From the IMG/VR virus record IMGVR_UViG_3300033067_000691, positions 1 to 52,517 of that record: 52,517 nucleotides of DNA. One strand, given 5' to 3'. The DNA comes from a virus (taxonomy: Duplodnaviria > Caudoviricetes). Each line of letters starts with the position of its first letter. Positions within the stretch are counted from its first letter, which is position 1. A program made the translations under genes and the position numbers. Below, one piece after another: positions 36,813 to 45,800 of this stretch. Under the pieces are notes generated by a model. The model ran no database searches, had not been told where the DNA came from, and saw only the letters and a program-made list of their open reading frames with translations.

Positions 36813-39800
36813 ATGGCCGACATTTCCATCATCAATGCCGCGATCGAGCGCGGCTACAGCCACGACGAGATTGCCGACATACTGGCCGCCGATGCCGGAT
36901 TCGATCCGAAGGCGATTCGCGGCAACGGATATTCAAGCGCCGAGATTCTTGGCCGGCTTGGGTATGAGTTGCCGAAGGTTTCCGAGTCCGGCGACTTCAT
37001 GCGCGGCGCGACGACGGCGGCCAAGCAGTTGCCGCAACTTGGCTATGGCCTGATCGGTGCTGCCGGGGCCGTCGCCGAATCCGCGCTTGGTGAGGGTGGC
37101 GTTTCCTCTGCCGTCAAGGAATTCGGCGTCAGGAAGTACCAAGAGGCTGGCGCCGACATCCAAAAGGACGCCAAGGAAACCGACTCGCTCACCTATTCAT
37201 GGGAGCGCGCCAAGCAAGGCGACTACGGCGCGATGGTGGATTGGCTCCAGTACGGCCTCGGCTATGGCGGCGTTCAGGCGCTGGAAGCCCTGGCATCCGG
37301 CGGCATCGGTGCCGTACTCGGGAAAGCCACGCTGAAGGGAACCGCCGAGCACCTGGCTGCCGGCATGGTGGCAAAGGAAGCCGCGCGCATCGGCGCAGCG
37401 CAGGAGGGCAAGGCACTTGCGGCCGATGTTGTGCAGCGGATGGCGGTTGCCAACGTAGCGGCGAACATCGGCGCAAAGGTCGGCATCGGTGCTCAAGCCT
37501 TCGGCATGGAGGGCGGCGAAATCATGGGCGGGCTGGCCGAACAGTCGGCAAAGCGCGGGAGTCCGCTGACTGGCGACGAGATCGCCAAGGGGCTAGGCGC
37601 AACGCTTGCCGCCGGCAGCCTGGAATTCGTCGGCGACAAGATCGGTGTCGACCTGATGTTGGGCAAGTCAGGCATGTTCAAGCCGGCGGCCGGAATGACT
37701 GGGATCGGCGGTCGCGTTGCACGCGCAGGAGTGGCCGCGGCTGGAGCGATCCCCATCGAAAGCGGGACCGAGTATTTCCAGACTGGCCTGGAAGAGTGGG
37801 GGCAGGGAAAGGAAGCCAACATCGCGCCGTGGAATCAGTCGCCAGAAGCGCAGCGTCAGGCCTTCGATGCCGCCGGCCTTGGTGCAGTTGGCGGCGGGGC
37901 GATGGCGGTCGGCGGCGGGCTGCTGACGCCGCCAAGCGCTCGACCTGCAATCCCTCGTGCCACCCCGGAAGATGTTGCCTCCGCCGAAACCCCGCAAGCC
38001 GCCGCCGCCGCCGTTGCTGATATGGGCGCTGGGATCGCTCCGCCGATTGCCGAATCGCTTGCTTCAACGCAATCGGAAATTGATGCATTGCTGGCCGACC
38101 CATTGACAGAATCCGCCGCCCTGGTGCAGCCATCGTCGATTATTCCCCCATCGGTTGGTGGAAACCCTGCGCTGGGTGCGGCGGATACCGTACCCAGCGG
38201 ACCGCAACAGCTACCTGGGCATGTGCTTGGTTCGCAGCCCGTGCTGCCTGAGAACTCTGGCAACAACACGAGTGGCGGAGTGAACCTGCTTGGCGATCTG
38301 GCGAACGGTAAGCCCGGCATCGAAAAAGGGGCGGATGTCGTTGATGGTGGCGCGCTGCGGGAAATGATGGCCCGTATGTTCAGCATTAGTCATGATCGCC
38401 AGATTCTCGATGCGGTTGTCAAGCTTATCCCCGTTGATGTGGTGAACTATCTCGCTGGATTCAAGCTTACGCCCGAGATGCTGTTCCATAACCCATCGAT
38501 GCTTGAGGGTGGGCTTCCCGTCCCCGGTAGCAATGATCAAGTACCCGTTCCTTCCAATGTAACCCGTGCGCTGATGAATGCCACGGCAGGCGTAGCTACA
38601 GAACACCAAACCGCTGCCGGGAATCCTGGACGTCTTTCGGTAAACAACGCTGCCACAATTGGCGCAGGCAACATGAACGCCGTTGCGCTGCCCGGCGCTG
38701 TAGTGCTTCCGGAAGCAGGGCAGGCTGCAAAAGTTTCCGGTAGCAACGAGCCTGGACGGCTTGATGTAAACGGGGGTACCGCAGGCGGTACAATTGACGA
38801 CAGGCATAGCGTGACTCCCAATAGTGACGTTGTGCTAGGGGCCGGTGGCGTTGACGCGTCATCGGCTCCGTCCATTATGCCACAAGCAAAAGTCGGCGCC
38901 GGCAGCACGCCGATTGTCACCCAGCAAAGTGACAATGCCGTTCCGCCAGGCCTCGCCCAAATGCGGGCGCGAGTCGCCGAACGCCAAGCCAGCGCCGATG
39001 CGCCAGTAGTCAAGGAATCCTTGATGGTTCCGCCGACCGCCCAGCCAGCGTCTACTAATTCCCTGCCAATCGATAGCGAAATTAGTACACCGCCAGCCGG
39101 TCAGCCTGACGAACCCGCCGGCACGGTTCAGGGCGTGAATCGCATCCGTGGCGGCAAGCTCGAGATCACCGGATTCGGCCGCGATGAAGTCGCCGATGTG
39201 CTGAAGACGGCCAAGATCGTCGCGACGGTGACTGCCGGCAAGGATGGCCGCGTGCTGGTCTCGGCAACCGACCGTGCTGGAAATGCGACCAAGATCAGCA
39301 TCAAGCAGCAGAACGCCATCAGCAAGGCGCTGCTGGGTGCTTCGGCCACCCCGAAGAAGGCGCGCAAGCTCTCAGGCAACCTGAAGAACGACCTCGACAT
39401 CATCGCACCGGGCCTCTATGGCGAAGTCGCGCGCGGTGGCGATGGCGAGGCCAACGACGCGGCATGGGGCGACGTTTCACTCATCGCTGAAAAGATGCGC
39501 GACGAGCAGGGCTACATGCTGCCGCACGACGCCAACGGGCAGGATCTCGCCAACGCCCTGCGCGAACTGATCCGCCAGCACGCCGGTGGCGATGTCGTGC
39601 TCAACGAGGCCCGCCAAGCGGCCGCAATGACCGAGGAAGAAACCAAGCGCCATCGCTCCGATGTGCTGCGCATGGCCGATGAGTACGGCATCGAGACGAA
39701 GCGCGGAATCATCCCGCGCCGACTCGAAGAGATCGAGGCCGAAGTAAAGGCAGCCATCGAGCAGGAGATTGGGGTCGCTGGCAAGGGTATGGCAGCAGCC

Positions 39801-42800
39801 TACGAAGCCGCGATCGAGGCAGGAATTCAAGACCAAGCCGATGCCATCCTCGACCGAATCGCCGATTTCTACCAAGGCGAAACGTCTGCCGACAGGGATG
39901 TTTTGCTGTATCGTGAACAGACAAACGCATTGCAGGAGGCCATCGATGCCCATCAAGAACGCGAAGGACGCGACACACAAGGCGAAGGTGCTGGCGACAA
40001 TCAACCGCAGGCAACGCGAGGCGAAGGCCGCCCAGTCCTCGAGCTCGCCGGCCAATCCGCCGAAGAAATCCGCGCCGACGAAGAGCGCGTAAAGTCCGCT
40101 GAGGCGCAACGCCTCAAGGAAGAACAGGCCGCCGAGAACAAGCGGCAGGCCGACGCCGAACGCGGCGCATTCAATCTGACCGGGAGCGACCGCCCCGCCG
40201 ATGTTCTGGCGGCGCAGGGGCAGCAGGACATTTTCAGCGCCCCCGTCGATGCGGCGGCACACGAAGCCTCCACCAGCCCGCACAACGACAAGCCGGAGCC
40301 GACGCCGGCGCAGATCGAGGCAGGTAACTACTCGAAAGGCCATGCAACCGTGGCCGGGCTCGACATCAGCATCGAGAACCCCGAAGGCTCGACGCGCTCG
40401 GGCACCGACGCCAACGGCAAGGCGTGGTCGGTCACCATGAAAAGCCATTACGGCTACATCAGGGGAACAGTCAGCAACGACAAGGATCACGTCGACGTCT
40501 TCATCAAACCCGGCACGCCGACCGACTATTCTGGTCCGATCTTCGTCATTGACCAGGTGAAAGCCAACGGCCGCTACGACGAATTCAAGGTGATGATCGG
40601 ATGGAAGTCCGAAGCCGAGGCTCGCGCCGGCTACCTCGCCAACTATGAGAAGGGATGGCGGGGCCTGGGAGCGATCACCAAGGTTTCCGTTGCCGACTTC
40701 AAGACGTGGTTGACCGAGGGCGACACCACGAAGGCGTTTGCCGGTGGAATGAAAGTCGGCGCTGGCGCGACGGCGAAAAAGCCAAGGAAGCCAAAAGCCG
40801 CCGACCCGATGATCGCAATCCGCGAGTTCTACACCCCCGGCAACATCATCCACGTCGACTACTGGAACCAGCAGGACAAGGTGCTGGCCTTCGAGGAAAA
40901 GGAGCCCGGCAACTGGTCCGTGACGGTGCAGCAAGTCAAGAAGCAGGGCGACGAGTGGGTGCCGGCCGGTGAAGTGCGAGAGCATCGGACGACGCCGGGC
41001 AAGGATCGGATCATTGATCGCGTTACCGATCCGGCCGCCTCCGATCCGGACAAGGTGGCGGCCGAGAAAGCCGATGCCGATTTCGATGAAGCCATGGGGG
41101 AACTGGGCGACATCATCGGCAAGAACTTCCGCGCGACATTCACGCCGGAGCAGGAACAAAAGTTGATCCCGGTCCTGACCAAGCTGTTCGATGCCGCCTT
41201 CCGCAAGGGCTACTACAAGTTCAAGGAAGCCGCGCGGTTCGTGCTCGGTGCCATTCAATCGAAGTTCGGCGCCGACGTTGCCGACCAGATCACGATTGAC
41301 CATTTGCAGGGCGCCTATATCGGCATGGCAGGACGCTACAAGGATCAGGGCGCCGACAAGCCGGCTGTGGTTGCGGCCGTAGAGAGCAAGGACGAAATAT
41401 CGGCATGGTCTACAATGGAAACAGGAGGTATCGACAATGGGCCTGAGCAGCGTAGCGGCGCCGATCTGGAACGAGATAGCGAAGACGCAGACCCTGAAGA
41501 CGGAATGGGCGAGGAAAGCATTCGCCCTGGACGATCAGGCGATGTCGGATCTCGAGAATCGGGAGTATCAGGAACTGAAGCCCAAGGTCGGGCAGGCAGT
41601 GGCAGCAGCATTTTCGGACCTGAAGCCCCTGCTGCTGGAGAACCAGGCGATCAGTCGATATATACAGGCGCAGGGCGACCCGTCATTGAGGCAGGCGCTG
41701 CCGGAAGTGGTGTCGATAGCGGAAGCGATAGCGATAGCCTCGATGGATCGCCCATTGAGCCCACTTCAACAGACCTCTTTGCAGAACTTGCTGAAAGCCG
41801 AGTATCGCTAGACGAGGCCAAGGCCAAGCAACAGGCGGCTGACCGGCTGGAGCACAAGCCGGGCATCGCAAATATCCGTGAGACGCTGCCGATCCTCACC
41901 GAAGGCCAGCAGCAGGACGTCCACATTGCAGAAACCCGGTTTGCCAAGCCCGACGGCTACGGCATGCTGTTCACCAACGGCACCGGTACCGGCAAGACAT
42001 TCACCGGCCTTGGCATCATCAAGCGCATGGCGGTTTCTGGCAAGCGCAACGTCATCATCGCCGTGCCGAACGACAAGATTGCCGACGACTGGCGCAAGTC
42101 TGGGAAGCTGCTCGGACTCGACATTTCCCTGCTGGAGAACACCAAGGACGCCGGTCGCGGGATCGTCATCACCACCTACGCCAACTTCGGACAGAACCCG
42201 GAACTAGCGCGTCGCGAGTGGGATCTGGTTGTCGCCGATGAGGCGCACAAGCTCGCCATGAATGCGAGCGGCGAGGCAACGCTGGCGCTCGATGCGCTCC
42301 AGGCGCTGACGCTGCACCCTGATGGCGCCTACACCCGGGCAAGGATGCTGCATGCCGACCTGTACGCGCGCCTCGATGAGCTTGAAGCGCTGGCCAAGTC
42401 GCAGCGCATGTCTGACGACGAGCGCAACTGGCACGCCGAGAGCGGAACTCAGACCAAGATTGATTCGCTGCGCCGCGAGATCGATGCCAAGGTGGAGGCC
42501 ATCAAGGAGGACATCGCGGCTCGCCAGGGCGAAGCCAGGCCGCGCGCCCTGTTCCTGTCGGCGACGCCGTTTGCCTATGAGAAGACTGTCGATTGGGCGA
42601 ATGGCTACCTATTCGACTACAACGAGGGACGCGGCGACGAGCGCAACGAATTCCGGGGCTACAACGAGGGCAGCAATCGCGACCAGTTCTTCATGCAGCA
42701 CTTCGGCTACCGGATGCGTTACGGCAAGCTGACCGAGCCGGACTCCAAGGTCGACCGTGGCCTGATGCAGCGCCAGTTCAATGGCTGGCTGAAGAAGCGC

Positions 42801-45800
42801 GGCGCCGTGGCGGGCCGAATGCTGGACGTCAAGGCGGACTATGATCGCCGTTTCATCCTGGTCGAATCAGCCATCGGAGCGCGCATCGATCAGGCGCTGG
42901 AGTGGTTCGAGACGCAACGCAAGGCGCAGAACAGGGGCACCGGGGAAGCCGGAGAGCGTATTGCCGCCATCATGGCCAAGGCCGACCCGCGCGCCGTGGC
43001 GCTGGGCAAACTGCGTGACAAGATCGCGGAGAAATTCGATTACCTGTCGCGGCGCTACCTGCTCGAAGCCATCAAGGCGCAGGAGGTCGTGCCGCACGTT
43101 CGCGAGCATCTGGCGCTGGGCCGCAAGGTTGTCGTCTTTCACGACTACAAGAAGGGCGGCGGATTCAACCCGTTCCGGATCTCCCCGATTTCCGGCACCG
43201 CCGAATCCAAGGAAGCGCAGGCGGAAAACGACGCCTACAACCGCGTGGTCGAGGAATTCACCACGGAATTCTCCGACCTGATCGAATCGGACCTGTGGCG
43301 TGCGTCTTCACCGATCACGACATTCCAGCAGGAATTCCCGGGCGTGCTGCTGTTCAATGGCAACGTGCCGAAAGCGCAGCGTCGCGCCGCCGTCGAGAAG
43401 TTCCAGGACGACGCCAGCGGACCGCAAGTGATCCTCGTACAGTCGGATGCCGGAAAGGAAGGCATCAGCCTGCATGACACGACCGGCGTGCATCAGCGCG
43501 TGCTATTCAACCTTGGCCAGCCCACGGCGCCGACGACGGCCATTCAGCAGGAGGGCCGCATCTACCGCACCGGCCAGGTCACGGATGCCATCTTCCGCTA
43601 CCTGAACACCGGCACCGACTGGGAGAAGTGGGCCTTTGCGACGACCATCGCCCAGCGCGCCAGCGCGGCCGAGAATCTGGGCATGGGTGAGCAGGCTCGG
43701 GCGCTGAAGGATGCGTTCATTGCCGGCTTCGAGGAATCCGACGACTACCGCGCCGGCATGGACGGCGAGGGCAAGGGCGGCAAGGAGCGCGACCGCGCGG
43801 CGAACGAGGCAATTACAGAATACGACCGCGCCCGCGCCTTCTATTTCGGCACCCAGAAGAAGACCGCCAAGACCAAGGCGCAGGAAGGTGTCGACTACTT
43901 CGCGACGCCTGAGCCGGTCGGCTTCAAGATGATGGAGTGGGCCGACATCCGGCCGGGAGAGGCCGTGCTGGAACCCAGCGCCGGCCACGGCGCCATCGCG
44001 CGCTGGATGCCGGATACGGCCGTGCGAACCGCCATCGAACCGAGCATGACGCTGCGCTCACGCCTGGCCATGGTCTTCGACGGCACGATGCTCGATCACG
44101 ATTTCGAGGATCTGAACATCGTCAACAAGTACGACGCCATCGTGATGAACCCGCCTTTCGGATCCGGAGGCAAGACGGCGATCGACCATCTGGCCAAGGC
44201 GGCGACGCACCTGCGCGATGGCGGGCGCATTGTCGCCTTGATCCCGCGCGGACCTGCGGCTGACAAGCGCTTCGACAAGTGGTTCTATGAGGAAAGTGAG
44301 AAGGCCAGCAAGCCGATCGTTCCAGCTTCAGCGCTTAATGTTGGAGAGGAAATTCATCGAGGGGACACGGTAAGGATATTCGGGTTCGGGCGGAACAGTG
44401 ACATGGTTGTTGATCGCGCCGACAAGATCAACGGGGTCTATTACATTCGGCCAGAAGGAGCGGACAAAGCCAGCAGCATCAACGTGACTGCCGTTGAAGC
44501 TGTTATCCCCGGCAAGCGCACCGAGTCCTACAAGCCGGCGGAAGGCCTGAATCTGGTTGCCGACGTGGTGATGCCGAACGTGACCTTCGAGCGCGCTGGT
44601 ACGCAGGTTGCTACGCGCATCGTGGTGATCGAAAAGTCGCCCGACGCGCCGCAACTTTTCAGCCCAAGCTTTGTGGATGTTGAGGACATCAACGAGCTAT
44701 TCGATCGCATGGAAGGAACAACGGTCGAGGGCCGCGCGAAGCCTGAAGTTGTGGAGGTCGAGGCCGCGCCGTCGAAGACCGGGAAAGCCGCCAAGCCTGT
44801 CGTTGATCAGGAAGCTGCAAAGGCGGCGGCCGAGACCATGGGCCTGAATATCATCGAGCACATCACGCAGAAGGGCAAGACGCTGCGCGGCGTGGTTCGC
44901 ACCGATCTGACGCGCGACCAGGCGAAGGAGATCGACGAATTCACGTTCAAGAAGGACGGCGGCTGGTTCATTCGCGAAAAGCATCTTGTCGCGAAGCCTG
45001 GCGAAAGCGGCGGCGCACTCGAATCCCGCTCCGATTCCATGACGCGAGAGCAGGCTGAAATGATCATCGCTGCCTCACGCGGCGGGATCCACACCGGCGA
45101 GACGGTCGGATCGATTCGCTCAGGACTTCATCAGTCGATCGGAAAGGCCGTGATCGACCGGCTGGAACAGAAGGGCTTGCTGCGCATCCTCAAGACCGCC
45201 GACGATCTGCCGTATGGCCTGACGCTTTCCGAGACAGGTACCGCCCTGTATGACGGCAATGTGGCCTACCTGATCGCCGACCGGATGCGACCTGAGACGG
45301 CCGTCCGCGAGATCCTGCACGAGATTGGCGAACACCACGGGCTTGAGGGGATGCTGGGGAAGGATGGCTATGCCGCGCTAACGAGGCGCGTTCGCGCCAT
45401 GGAGAAGTTCGGCAATCAGCGCGTGCGCGACGCCTTCGCCACGGTTCGCCAGCTCTATCCGGAATACGCAGACAACTCTGCCGAGTTCATGCATGAAGTG
45501 CTGGCCAACATCGGCCAGGATGCCGACATTCAGGCAAAGCCATGGTGGCAGGAAATGCTCGCCGCGGTCAAGCGCTGGATCGTGCAGATCGGCTACGGCG
45601 GTCTGATCAAGGCCGGCGATATTCAGGACATGGTGCTGCATAGCCTGAAGGTGGCGGCTGGAGAGGATCACTTTGCCGGCGCCGGCAATATGATCCCGGC
45701 GATGGCATCGAAGTCCGGATCTCCCGCGATGGAAGCACGCCAGACGCGCCAGCAGGCGCTACCGAACACAGGCACGCCGCCGGCACCAGCGCCGGTCCGT

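Noticed and set aside
38100-38900. Intein or group I intron carrying the nested HNH
   Set aside because: The HNH is antisense, and no intein terminal motifs or intron core elements were recognised.
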